From positions 1,600,001 to 1,664,000 of the forward strand of contig OZ240248.1 of assembly GCA_965198235.1 (NCBI GenBank): 64,000 nucleotides of DNA. Direction: 5' to 3'. Positions within the stretch are counted from its first letter, which is position 1, and each line of letters begins with the position of its first letter. Positions 20,956 through 30,523 of the stretch are shown piece by piece. The notes under the pieces were generated by a model. It did no database searches and had not been told where the DNA came from. It saw nothing but the letters and a program-made list of their open reading frames with translations. This stretch comes from Candidatus Poribacteria bacterium (lineage in GTDB: Bacteria; Poribacteria; WGA-4E; WGA-3G). A program made the translations under genes and the position numbers.

Positions 20956-21768
20956 ATGCTCAATCAAACTCAGGTTGACACATTTCGTGAAAAAGGGTTT
21001 CTCCTCGGAAACCGTGTTTTAAGTGATGAACAGGTTGACGAGTTGCGTGAGGAATTGGCACGCGTTATTGATGACTACGAAAAAGACGAAGTTCCGCAAC
21101 CGGTGCGCATTGCCAATCTCGGCGGTAAGGAAGAGAGTCCGGTCTGGCAAATCGTTAATATTTGGGAGGCGAGTCCTGCTTACCACCGACTGATTCATAA
21201 CCCGATCATCGTAGAAGAGATTGGGCAACTCATGTCGGCGACAGAGTTGCGCGTCTGGCACGACCAAATCCAATACAAACCGCCGAAAGTCGGTGGTGTC
21301 AATCGTTGGCATCAGGATTCGCCGTTGTGGGGCATTCTCACCCCGAAAACGAGTCAAGTGAGTGCGTGGGTTGCGTTAGACGATGTTGATGAGAGCAACG
21401 GATGTATGCGCATGGCCCGAGGCTCCTATCACTGGGGGAGCCAGATGCCATTCTTGCGCGAGGTCGGAGACATCGATTCGATGCCAAGTCAATTTGAAGG
21501 TGACGAATTGGAGGTGGAACTTTGTCCTGTGCCGAAAGGGCATGTCCATTACCATCACGCTTTGACGTGGCACGGATCGCACGACAACACCAGTGGCGGT
21601 CCTCGGCGTGCGATTGCGGTGCATTATATGACAAGTGAAACCCTTTACGATGCCAGCGGAAACCATGTTATGAAACCCTTTGTCACCGTCAACGATGGTG
21701 ATAAATTAGCAGGCGACCATTTTCCACTTGTGATGGATGACGGGGTGCCTACGAGTCCTAATGCCTAA
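20956..21768 (+). CDS. PhyH family dioxygenase
   Basis: 'RWHQD', 'WVALDDVDESNGCM', 'WHGS..N.S..PRRA'. Confidence 0.9.
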   Translation: MLNQTQVDTFREKGFLLGNRVLSDEQVDELREELARVIDDYEKDEVPQPVRIANLGGKEESPVWQIVNIWEASPAYHRLIHNPIIVEEIGQLMSATELRVWHDQIQYKPPKVGGVNRWHQDSPLWGILTPKTSQVSAWVALDDVDESNGCMRMARGSYHWGSQMPFLREVGDIDSMPSQFEGDELEVELCPVPKGHVHYHHALTWHGSHDNTSGGPRRAIAVHYMTSETLYDASGNHVMKPFVTVNDGDKLAGDHFPLVMDDGVPTSPNA

Positions 21769-21785
21769 ACCTTTTTTATCTAAAT

Positions 21786-21876
21786 AGCAGTCGGCTGTCG
21801 GTTTCCGTCGGCTATCAGTCAAGAGGTTTTTTAGTGAAGTAACACCGTCTTGCTGATTGCTGACCGCTGATAGCCA
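21786..21876. repeat. Family-C element: heptamer-like CTGA.. arms around a central hairpin
   Basis: GGCTATCAGTCAAGAGG...TCTTGCTGATTGCTGACCGCTGATAGCC; relatives at ~23535-23632, 30979-31076, 39841-39918 and 60343-60422. Confidence 0.75.
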
Positions 21877-21897
21877 ATAAAAAGGAACATTAAAAAA

Positions 21898-23532
21898 ATG
21901 AAAGTTGTTGATGCAGTTGCGAAAGTCCTTAAAGCAGAGGGGGTAGAGTACCTATTCGCCTATCCTGTTAACCCGATCATCGAAGCGGCGGCGAAGTTAG
22001 ACATCCGTCCGATTATCGTTAGACAGGAACGTATAGGACTTCACATGGCAGACGCGATGAGCCGAATAACCTCTGGGGAGAAGATTGGTGTGTTCTGTAT
22101 GCAGAGCGGACCCGGTTCCGAAAACGCCTTCGGGGGTGTCGCCCAAGCCTATGGCGATTCGGCACCGATTGTGGTGCTGCCGGGTGGTTATTCTCGAGGC
22201 ATGACGCAAATCCAACCGAATTTCAATTCTGCCCTGAACTATCGGCATGTAACAAAGTCGTGTGAGCAGGTCACGATGCCTGAAGCTGTCCCGGAAGCGA
22301 TGCGGCGTGCATTTACCCAAGTCCGGAACGGCAGACCGCGGCCCGCGCTCGTAGAATTCCCGTCGGATATATTTAGTGAGGAAATTTCCGACTCCTTTGA
22401 TCCGACACCGGTGCCCACCGTGCGTTACGGACCTGACAGCGCGTCAATTGAAGCCACCGCAGAGGCATTGCTTGATGCCGAATGTCCTGTCCTCTACGCA
22501 GGGCAAGGCGTGCATTATGCGCAAGCCTGGGATTCTTTGAAAGAGTTGGCGGAGCTGCTCGGTGCACCTGTGACAACGAGTTTAGGTGGCAAAAGCGCAT
22601 TCCCAGAAGATCATCCGTTAGCCCTCGGTTCCGGCGGACGCGCGATTCCGAAAGCGGTGCATCACTTCCTCCAAAAAACCGATCTGATTTTGGGTATCGG
22701 GTGCAGTTTCACTCGAACCGGCTTCGGTGTCAGGATTCCCGAAGGAAAACGAGTTATTCACGCGACATTAGATCCAGCGGACATCAACAAAGATGTTCCC
22801 GTTGAAACTGCTCTCGTTGGCGATGCGGGTTTAATTTTAGATGGATTGGTAGAAGCCGTTCGCGATCGTTCTAATGGTGCATCCGAAGAGCGCACGGCTG
22901 CCGTCACCGGGGAAATTAGTGCGGTTAAAGCGGAATGGCTCGACCAGTGGAAGGCTAAACTCACTTCGGATGAGGTGCCGATGACGCCGTATCGCGTTAT
23001 CTCGGATCTGCTGCACACTGTCGATGTCAAAAACACGATTATTACGCACGATGCAGGGAGTCCGCGCGACCAAATGTCGCCCTTCTGGCAGTCTGTCGCA
23101 CCGCTCACTTATATCGGTTGGGGCAAGACGACGCAGCTCGGTTACGGTCTCGGACTCGTCATGGGTGCGAAACTCGCCAGACCGGATGCACTCTGTGTTA
23201 ACGTCTGGGGTGATGCCGCTATCGGCTTCACTGGAATGGATTTTGAGACTGCTGTGCGGGAAAGGATACCGATTTTGTCGGTGCTTTTCAACAATTTCTC
23301 TATGGCGATTGAGATTCCGATTATGCCCGTGTCTACCGAAAAATTCCGTAGTACAGACATCTCTGGTCACTACGCAGACATGGCGAAGGCGTTCGGTGGC
23401 TACGGCGAGCGTGTCGAAACACCTGATCAAATTATCCCGGCTATTCAGCGCGGCATCCAAAAAACACAGGAAGGCACTCCTGCGCTTCTTGAGTTTATTA
23501 CAGCGAAGGAAATTCAAATTTCTTCCTTCTAA
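21898..23532 (+). CDS. Thiamine diphosphate-dependent enzyme (acetolactate synthase-like)
   Basis: 'RQERIGLHMADA', 'SGPG', ThDP motif 'GDAAIG...FNN'. Confidence 0.88.
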   Translation: MKVVDAVAKVLKAEGVEYLFAYPVNPIIEAAAKLDIRPIIVRQERIGLHMADAMSRITSGEKIGVFCMQSGPGSENAFGGVAQAYGDSAPIVVLPGGYSRGMTQIQPNFNSALNYRHVTKSCEQVTMPEAVPEAMRRAFTQVRNGRPRPALVEFPSDIFSEEISDSFDPTPVPTVRYGPDSASIEATAEALLDAECPVLYAGQGVHYAQAWDSLKELAELLGAPVTTSLGGKSAFPEDHPLALGSGGRAIPKAVHHFLQKTDLILGIGCSFTRTGFGVRIPEGKRVIHATLDPADINKDVPVETALVGDAGLILDGLVEAVRDRSNGASEERTAAVTGEISAVKAEWLDQWKAKLTSDEVPMTPYRVISDLLHTVDVKNTIITHDAGSPRDQMSPFWQSVAPLTYIGWGKTTQLGYGLGLVMGAKLARPDALCVNVWGDAAIGFTGMDFETAVRERIPILSVLFNNFSMAIEIPIMPVSTEKFRSTDISGHYADMAKAFGGYGERVETPDQIIPAIQRGIQKTQEGTPALLEFITAKEIQISSF

Positions 23533-23653
23533 ATGGCAATCGGTCTTCGGTTATCAGTTGTTGGTTAAGGGATCATTTGTGGCAGACACGACTTATGCAA
23601 CTGCCACACGAGCAACCGACAACTGACAACCATCAAAAAAGGAGTTCCCTATT

Positions 23654-24430
23654 ATGAAACCGATTATCATAGTTTTTTGCCTCATTGCCTTATGTTTTAG
23701 TGTTGATGCGTGGGCATTAAACGATGACAAGGCGCTCATGTTGTACTTCACTTTCGATGAAGACGACGGTGGCAAAGTTGTAGATGTAACTGGAAATAAC
23801 ATTGAAGGCACCTTTGAAGGTGCGGTCTGGTCGAAAGATGGTAAGATTGGCGGTGCTGTGCATCTTGAAGATTCCGGGCAGTTTGTAGAGGTTGACACGG
23901 TCCCCGAACTCGACATTACCGATGAGATCACGATTCAGGCATGGTTTTTCCCTGAGGAATCCCAAGGTGACTCTAACCTGATGGGGCGTAGAAGTTCGGC
24001 AAACGTCGGTGGGTATTGTCTCCAGTGGAGCGCGCAGTTTACGGGTTCCCCACAAATTGAGACCTGGATTAACATCGGCGGGTGGAAAGGTTCTCGAAAT
24101 AAACAGACTATTAAACCCGACTTGGAAAAATGGCACCACGTCTCTTCTACCTACGATGGCGATATGATTCGCCAATATATTGATGGCAAGTTGGATGTCG
24201 AATTCGCACCACCGAAAGGTAAAATTAACAGCATTGAGGTGGTCTTCCGTATCGGTAAGGCACAAACGGGGTTACCCGGCATGATTGGCTTGGTCGATGA
24301 GGTTGCCATTTACGACCGCGCCCTCACCGTTGACGAGATTAACCAAGATATGGAAAACGGCGTTTACTTTGCTGTGTCGCCCAATGACAAGCTTGCCTCA
24401 ACGTGGGGTAAGTTGAAAATGTTTTTTTAA
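23654..24430 (+). CDS. Secreted LamG-like protein with C-terminal 'KLASTWGKLK' tail
   Basis: 'LYFTFDE', 'WHHVSSTYDG', 'GLVDEVAIYDRALT'. Confidence 0.85.
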   Translation: MKPIIIVFCLIALCFSVDAWALNDDKALMLYFTFDEDDGGKVVDVTGNNIEGTFEGAVWSKDGKIGGAVHLEDSGQFVEVDTVPELDITDEITIQAWFFPEESQGDSNLMGRRSSANVGGYCLQWSAQFTGSPQIETWINIGGWKGSRNKQTIKPDLEKWHHVSSTYDGDMIRQYIDGKLDVEFAPPKGKINSIEVVFRIGKAQTGLPGMIGLVDEVAIYDRALTVDEINQDMENGVYFAVSPNDKLASTWGKLKMFF

Positions 24431-24725
24431 CTATTAAGTTTTTGCGCATCGCTCCAAATGTAAAGCATTCTGCGCAAGCCTATAGAGGCTTGCGGGACAA
24501 TGCGAAGCAAAATTATGCCATTTAAGGAAACCTAATTTCGTTCCGCGATGGTTTCTGATTAAGTATGAAAGGGTCTCGGGGAACCTGCCCGAAACGAAGT
24601 GGAGGGGTTTTTGCTTGGGGTTTTTGATAGGGCGTTTCTGCGGATTTCTGCGGATTTTTTTAGCCCAGGAAACCATAGTTAGAAAGCCAAATTTTGTTGT
24701 AAGGGCGGGTTCTTTACCCGCCCTT
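24430..24725. repeat. Cluster of family-A (reverse), family-B (reverse) and REP hairpin repeats
   Basis: Reverse complement matches 1283-1375 and 3765-3830; GTAAGGGCGGGTTCTTTACCCGCCC at ~24699-24723. Confidence 0.75.
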
Positions 24726-24731
24726 CTGTTC

Positions 24732-24800
24732 ATCAGCGACACCCTTGATGTTTCTGCCCGCGGCAAACTGGCAACGGTATGGGGTCAGTTGAAGAAATAG
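24732..24800 (+). pseudogene. Orphan 3' end of a secreted-protein gene (ISDTLDVSARGKLATVWGQLKK*)
   Basis: Same tail motif as 18501, 23654 and 56131, but the upstream sequence is repeat DNA. Confidence 0.65.
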
Positions 24801-24958
24801 TTTTTAATTTATTGAATCTGAGCATCGTTCCACTTCGTTTCACGATGGTTTTTGGGGAAGTAGAAAACCTGCTTTAGGTTTGAAAAGGTTACTGACTTTA
24901 CCGGAAACCACTGCGGGATGTAATGGAGCCGTGCTCAGATTCCAATAGTTAGAAAAAT
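24801..24958. repeat. Complete family-A palindromic element (~55-bp imperfect inverted arms)
   Basis: TATTGAATCTGAGCATCGTTCCA... pairs with ...TGGAGCCGTGCTCAGATTCCAATA. Confidence 0.8.
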
Positions 24959-25081
24959 TGCATCTGTCTATTGCCTATTGCAACTGAGATGGGCGGGATT
25001 CATTCTCGCCCATTTTTCGTTGCAAATAGGCAGAAATAGACGTATAATTGATTTAAAGTCATCGCTGGCGAGGAAGAGACA

Positions 25082-26521
25082 ATGCATAAAGCCAAAAATG
25101 CACCAAAGTGCCCGAACATCCAAATTGCAGTGGAGAATTTCGGACCGATAGAGAAGGCAGAGATAGATCTCCGTCCGTTGACTGTATTTGTCGGCGAGAG
25201 CAACACCGGCAAGACCTATCTTGCCGCGCTAATCTATGCACTACAGCGTACCTTTGAAGGGTTCGCGCGAATTCCTTCACCACATAGCAGTATTTTGCTT
25301 TTAAAACAATCAAGATTCCGCTTTCAGACAGAACTAGACGATGAGACTCTGGAGACACTAAAAAAACTAAACACTCACGAACAGTCATTCAAATTTTCAG
25401 ATTTCCCACAGTGGTTACGTGCACATAAATTGCGTGCCCTTAACAATCCAGAACTTTTTAGGGGCCGGCTCAAAAGGTGTTTCAACTTGGATTCTGTTTC
25501 AGAGTTGATTCGCTTTACTGGGAACAAAGGTAACGAACTGAAGGTTTCGCTAAAAGTTAGCGAGGAAAATCAACCGCTTTGGAACTTTGAAATGGAAGGC
25601 TCTGGGTCAGGCATCACTGTAGGTGGAAAGATCAACAAGAACATGATTTTTCGCAACAAGAATGAAACACCATCACAAGAAATACTTGATCTTGACGATC
25701 TTGCAGCACTTTTACATATCAAGGGAAGTGAGATATCAGACTTCTATTACCTTCCTGCTCCTCGGAGCGGCATCATGGAAACCCGTGGGGTAATTATCAG
25801 TTCTCTCGTAGAGAATGCTACCCGTATCGGATTGGAACGATTTCATGAAGATGCTACACTTTCCGGGGTGACAGCGGATTTTCTAAAACAAATCATAAAT
25901 TACGACGAACGTCGCGTGCCTTCAGATGAGATGAGTGGAGTTGCCAAATTTCTGGAGGACAAAGTTCTGTGTGGAGAGATAGAGGTTAGGCGAACCGCTG
26001 CTGGATCTCTGGAATTTCGCTATCGTCCACAAAAATCGGAGCAGACACTGCCTATGAGTCGATCTTCGTCAATGGTATCTGAACTCGCGCCGCTCGTGCT
26101 ATTTTTACGCGGAGTCGTTCAACCCGGGGATACCCTCATTATTGAAGAACCCGAAGCTCATCTACACCCCGCTGCCCAGACTAAGGTTGCTCTGACCCTT
26201 GCCCGCTTGGTGCGAGCCGGTGTGCGCGTGATTATAACAACGCATAGCGACTGGCTCCTCGAGCAAATTAGCAACTTGGTTCGCGAAGGCGAAGTGATGA
26301 AATTGGGAAAAAGTAAGACAGAACCGGTGACTTGGTTGACGAAGGAAGAAATCGGTGCCTGGTGGTTTCGCACGGGCAAACCGGTGACGGAAATACCGTT
26401 TGATTACATTGAAGGCATAGAGCCGAAAGACTACTACAACGTTGCTGAGGAACTCCATAATAACGCTGTTGAGTTCCAACAACATCTCCTGAATGAGGAA
26501 GAATTCGGTGATGATGAGTGA
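25082..26521 (+). CDS. AAA_15/AAA_21-type ABC-like ATPase (defence/TA-associated type)
   Basis: 'VENFGPI', Walker A 'GESNTGKT', 'SSSMVSEL', 'IIEEPEAHLHP', 'ITTHS'. Confidence 0.88.
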   Translation: MHKAKNAPKCPNIQIAVENFGPIEKAEIDLRPLTVFVGESNTGKTYLAALIYALQRTFEGFARIPSPHSSILLLKQSRFRFQTELDDETLETLKKLNTHEQSFKFSDFPQWLRAHKLRALNNPELFRGRLKRCFNLDSVSELIRFTGNKGNELKVSLKVSEENQPLWNFEMEGSGSGITVGGKINKNMIFRNKNETPSQEILDLDDLAALLHIKGSEISDFYYLPAPRSGIMETRGVIISSLVENATRIGLERFHEDATLSGVTADFLKQIINYDERRVPSDEMSGVAKFLEDKVLCGEIEVRRTAAGSLEFRYRPQKSEQTLPMSRSSSMVSELAPLVLFLRGVVQPGDTLIIEEPEAHLHPAAQTKVALTLARLVRAGVRVIITTHSDWLLEQISNLVREGEVMKLGKSKTEPVTWLTKEEIGAWWFRTGKPVTEIPFDYIEGIEPKDYYNVAEELHNNAVEFQQHLLNEEEFGDDE

Positions 26522-27004
26522 AGTTCTCAGCGAAATCCGAGAACGGGTTGGTGAAAAAAACTTATTAACTCGTGTAGTGGTCGTGGGTGTCGTGTGGACA
26601 TGACTGATGTTCCACGCGAGCGGGTTGTGGTAAATGTGGACATGGCGTTCCCTGCAAATAGGGTTACAGGCAAACGATGCGACCGGATTCTAATTTACGG
26701 AGATACTACCAAAAGCAAGTTAATTGTAGTTTTAATTGAACTAAAGAGCGGGACCTTTAAAGCGACAGATGTGTTTGAACAACTACAAGGGAGCGTAGGG
26801 TTGCTCTCTGGCTTAATACAGCAGGTTCTCGAAACTACCTGTGTTCCTGTTCTTTTCCATGGTAAGGGGATTTCCAAACTCCAACTTAGAGACCTCAATA
26901 GGACCCCGGTACGTTTTCGGAATCAAAAATTTCCTGTTCGGCTAAAAAGATGTGGCGCGCCAAAGAATCTAGCGAGTGTGCTGTCTCGATCTGATAACCT
27001 CTGA
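26514..27004 (+). CDS. Putative PD-(D/E)XK-like partner of the ATPase, with a -1 frameshift at A-AAA-AAC (26555-26561)
   Basis: ATG overlapping the ATPase stop; 0-frame stops at 26601-26603; the -1 frame continues to 'KRCDRILI...LIELKSG'. Confidence 0.6.
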
Positions 27005-27025
27005 ACATGGCTGTCCGAATTTTTG

Positions 27026-27676
27026 TTACGGGAGTTCAGACACAACGCCCTTAAGCGCGCCCTCTTGCTCCGCAAGTACTTTGAGTTCCGGGTTGAGACG
27101 GACTGCTTGCGTAAGCGAGTTTACCGATTTTTGCGATGCACCCTCCAATGCGTATGCGCACGCAAGGTTGTAATGGAGCAGGGCAGCCTGCGGAAAGGTT
27201 TGAAGGGCGCGCAGGCACGATGCACGCGCATCGGCGGGTAGATTCTGTTGGAGATAGGCGGTTGATAGATTGACATAGCCTTCCGCGATATCGGGTGCCA
27301 TCTCAATCACTTTTTTAAAGTTCTCAACAGCGGGAGCATATTGCTCGTCATATAGATAGGCTTGCCCAAGGTTATTGTAAGCCGACGGTTCTTTGATGAA
27401 GAATAGTGTGCGCCCTTTATTTTTTATTGCCTTCTGATACGCTTCAATTGCTTCCTTGGCTTCGCCGTTGCGCATCAGAAAAGTTGCTTTCCGGTAGTGA
27501 TCGTTGAATTGGGTTTGGTGGTGCCAGACCCAGAGAAACAGTACCGTTACTGCAAGGCAAAACGTCATACAGACAATTCTAAAAGCTTTGTTGGTAGGTG
27601 TCTGTTCGGAGTCCTGCTCCTCTGTAGGCGAATGCTCTGGAACTTGATTTTCATTGGAAGTCATAAATTTTTCCAT
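27026..27676 (-). CDS. Membrane-anchored TPR protein
   Basis: One TM helix; 'AYNNLGQAY', 'GYVNLSTAY', 'HYNLACAYAL'. Confidence 0.85.
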   Translation of the reverse strand: MEKFMTSNENQVPEHSPTEEQDSEQTPTNKAFRIVCMTFCLAVTVLFLWVWHHQTQFNDHYRKATFLMRNGEAKEAIEAYQKAIKNKGRTLFFIKEPSAYNNLGQAYLYDEQYAPAVENFKKVIEMAPDIAEGYVNLSTAYLQQNLPADARASCLRALQTFPQAALLHYNLACAYALEGASQKSVNSLTQAVRLNPELKVLAEQEGALKGVVSELP

Positions 27677-27890
27677 TTTTTAGATAATTGGCCTCTTGGG
27701 TTGCTCTCCAAATGTAAAGCATTCTCACTGCGAAGCAAAATTATGCCATTTAAGGCATAATTTCATTACAAGCAGGTTTCTGGTGAAGTCAGAAACCTTG
27801 GGCACCCCAGAAGTGATTGGAATTAACCGAAAACCACCGCGTAATGTAATGGAGCGGTGCCTATATTCAATAGTTAAAAAAGTTAAAAAT
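27677..27890. repeat. Family-A element filling the gap between two divergent start codons
   Basis: Left part is the reverse complement of the 1283-1375 type arm; right arm AAACCACCGCGTAATGTAATGGAGCGG...AATAGTTAAAAAA. Confidence 0.75.
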
Positions 27891-28940
27891 ATGAAAACAT
27901 ACGGATTTGGTATTATTGGGTGCGGAATGATCTCCGATTTCCATTCCGCCGCGATTTCTGAATTAGAACACGGGCAATTGGTCGCAGTCAGTTCACGTAA
28001 TGCTGAGAACGCCAAACGACTTACCGATCGATACAACGTTGAAAGCTACGCCGATTATGCCGAGATGCTCAAACGGGACGATCTGGATATCGTTTGCGTC
28101 TGTACGCCAAGCGGTGCGCATTTGGAACCCGCCGTCGCTGCAGCGGAAGCCGGTAAACACGTCATCGTTGAAAAACCCTTGGAAATCACGCTACCGCGGT
28201 GTGATCAGATTATTCAAGGGTGTGATGCATCCGATGTCCGGCTCTGCGCTATCTTCAATTCCCGCTTCACGGAAAGTACGCAACTCGTAAAATCCACAAT
28301 TGAGAGTGGACGGTTCGGCAAGTTAACCTTGGGTGATGCCTACATCAAGTGGTACCGTTCCCAAGAGTATTACGACAGCGGCGGCTGGCGAGGAACGTGG
28401 GACCTTGATGGTGGTGGCGCGCTCATGAACCAGTCTATCCACGCTATCGACCTACTCCAGTATTTTATGGGACCCGTTAAATCCGTCCAAGCGTTTACTG
28501 ATACCTTAGCACACGAACGGATAGAGGTCGAAGATGCCGCTGTTGCCGCACTCCGATTTGAAAACGGGGCACTCGGTGTCATCGAAGGCACAACTGCCGC
28601 TTTTCCCGGCATGCTTAAGAAAACTGAAATCTCCGGCACAAACGGAACTGTCGTCTTAGCGGAAGAGGACATTGTAACTTGGGAATTCGACCCAGAACTG
28701 CCTGAAGATGCGGAGATCCGAGAGAAATTCGCCCAGAGGACAGACACAGGCGGTGGCGCATCCGACCCAAGAGCTATTAACCATGCCAATCACCGGCGGC
28801 AAATGGAAAACCTCATTAATGGTCTTGAGAGCGATGCCTCACATCTCGTTGATGGGCGCGAGGGACGCAAAGCCGTTGAGATTATCCTCGCTATCTACCA
28901 GTCCAGTCGTGAGGGATGTCCCGTTGAATTGCCGTTGTAA
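27891..28940 (+). CDS. Gfo/Idh/MocA oxidoreductase
   Basis: 'GIIGCGMI', 'TPSGAH', 'VEKPLE', 'GGGALMNQSIHAID'; start moved to MKTYGF. Confidence 0.9.
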   Translation: MKTYGFGIIGCGMISDFHSAAISELEHGQLVAVSSRNAENAKRLTDRYNVESYADYAEMLKRDDLDIVCVCTPSGAHLEPAVAAAEAGKHVIVEKPLEITLPRCDQIIQGCDASDVRLCAIFNSRFTESTQLVKSTIESGRFGKLTLGDAYIKWYRSQEYYDSGGWRGTWDLDGGGALMNQSIHAIDLLQYFMGPVKSVQAFTDTLAHERIEVEDAAVAALRFENGALGVIEGTTAAFPGMLKKTEISGTNGTVVLAEEDIVTWEFDPELPEDAEIREKFAQRTDTGGGASDPRAINHANHRRQMENLINGLESDASHLVDGREGRKAVEIILAIYQSSREGCPVELPL

Positions 28941-28959
28941 CGGCAGAGCGGAGTCCGCC

Positions 28960-29108
28960 TACTGTTCTATCCATTTTGAATTTTAGGGTAAGTTCGTAGT
29001 AGTGCGGTTTATCGCACTGCTTCGCAGTGAGAACAGGTCAACAACGGGCAATGAATTGCCCTACTACAAACCGAGGAAACATCCTCCAATTTGAAACTGG
29101 ATAAAGTA
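28960..29108. repeat. MITE-like element with imperfect TIRs enclosing an inverted GTAG/CTAC REP doublet
   Basis: TACTGTTCTATCCATTTTGAATT ... AATTTGAAACTGGATAAAGTA; GTAGTAGTGCG...GCCCTACTAC inside. Confidence 0.55.
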
Positions 29109-29219
29109 CTACTACTATTCATATCACCCAAACCATACGTTTGTAGCACAATCTGTTAGATTGTGATTTTACGTGGCAGCCGCTATTATATTGTGGGTAA
29201 TAGCCCCAGCAGGAGCGGG

Positions 29220-29312
29220 GAAATCCGCAGAAATCCGCAGAAATACCCAAGCAAAAACACCCCTATCAATACGCAGAAATACCCAAGCAAAAACACCCCA
29301 AGCAAAAACCCT
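29220..29312 (+). repeat. Family-B short tandem units (AATCCGCAG / TACCCAAGCAAAAACACCC)
   Basis: Three CCCAAGCAAAAAC units; relatives at ~3765, 24605 (rc), 31245, 34375, 53135 (rc) and 61617. Confidence 0.75.
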
Positions 29313-29372
29313 CCGATTCCCGACTTCCACTTCCGAACCTACCGCTCGGTATGTTTGCGTCTGTCCTAATTG

Positions 29373-30431
29373 TTACGACTTCGCTAACGCTTTCAAAACG
29401 TGTTGATGGAGTTTTCCGTTGGTTGCGATGATACCGCGATTCTTATGCATCCGCTTTCCTGTCAGAAAGTTGAGAGGAATGCCGTTCGCGTCTGTTACCG
29501 TGCCTCCTGCTTCTTCAACTACGATAAGTCCTGCAGCGTGGTCCCAGATGCATTCGCGGTAATCTGGGTAAGCCGGATTCGGAAGACGGATATAGAGCGA
29601 CGCTTCGCCACGGGAAACGATGCCGTACTTCGCTTGGCTGTCCATGCGGATGGGCGATTCTGTAATTCCGAGGGCATTCGCAATGCTACTGTGTGCATCA
29701 CTGTCCCCGTGCGTGGATTCGAAGCTCTCTGCGAAGCGATGTACCGCTTCCGATACGTGTACTTGCTCTATGAAGTCCCCTGCTTTAGTGTAGAGCCGCG
29801 TGCCTTCGCCGCGGATGGCGACAAAGAGGCATCCATGTTCTGCGTTTCCATCGTTCAACCGGTACGGCAAGTTTGGGCACCCTAAAACGCCGAGTTGAAC
29901 AGTGCCATTGACGATATAAGCCAAGGCGATTGCGTACTGATCGCGACGAAGAAAGCCTTTCGTGCCGTCAATTGGGTCAAGTGTCCAGAAGTTCGGTCCA
30001 ACCTCACCACTTCCCCGATCAATCCATTCACAGACAGTTTCTGCTGAGTGCAGTGTGTCTTTGCAAAATCGGTTCACATAACCTGTGACGCGTTCTAAGA
30101 GCGAGGCGTTCTCTTTCAGTGCCTGCGCGCTTTCCTCAGCAACAATAACGTCGTCGGGAAAAGCATCGCCAATTGCCTTGCATATCAGTGCCTGTGATCC
30201 GAAGTCGGCGACAGTTACGGGACTCCGGTCTGTCTTTTGGATTGCATCTGTTGGCACCATCTCAGCTTGCACCTGTTCGCAGAGTTGCATGGCTTTTATC
30301 ACAGCGTCAATGGCAGTTTGTACTTTGGCTATCGGCTCGAACCCCCAACTCGTGCTTTGCTGTCTTGTATCGGAGTCGAGTTGGGGATTCGGGCTTTCAG
30401 CCGTCAGCAAAGAGGGTTTTTGATTTGTCAT
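29373..30431 (-). CDS. 3'(2'),5'-bisphosphate nucleotidase, HAL2/SAL1-like inositol monophosphatase family
   Basis: 'SPVTVADFGSQA', 'AEES', 'WTLDPIDGTKGF', 'MDSQAKY', 'IWDHAAG'. Confidence 0.9.
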   Translation of the reverse strand: MTNQKPSLLTAESPNPQLDSDTRQQSTSWGFEPIAKVQTAIDAVIKAMQLCEQVQAEMVPTDAIQKTDRSPVTVADFGSQALICKAIGDAFPDDVIVAEESAQALKENASLLERVTGYVNRFCKDTLHSAETVCEWIDRGSGEVGPNFWTLDPIDGTKGFLRRDQYAIALAYIVNGTVQLGVLGCPNLPYRLNDGNAEHGCLFVAIRGEGTRLYTKAGDFIEQVHVSEAVHRFAESFESTHGDSDAHSSIANALGITESPIRMDSQAKYGIVSRGEASLYIRLPNPAYPDYRECIWDHAAGLIVVEEAGGTVTDANGIPLNFLTGKRMHKNRGIIATNGKLHQHVLKALAKS

Positions 30432-30523
30432 CGGTTTCCTGTTTGGTTTGAAAGTTTCCAAAAACTGGTAGAGAGCCCGCTGACAGCCGAAGGTTCTCAC
30501 TGCGAAGCAGGCTGACCGCTATT

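Noticed and set aside
29220-29312. Possible CRISPR or iteron array
   Set aside because: Irregular spacing, and the units recur as a dispersed intergenic repeat
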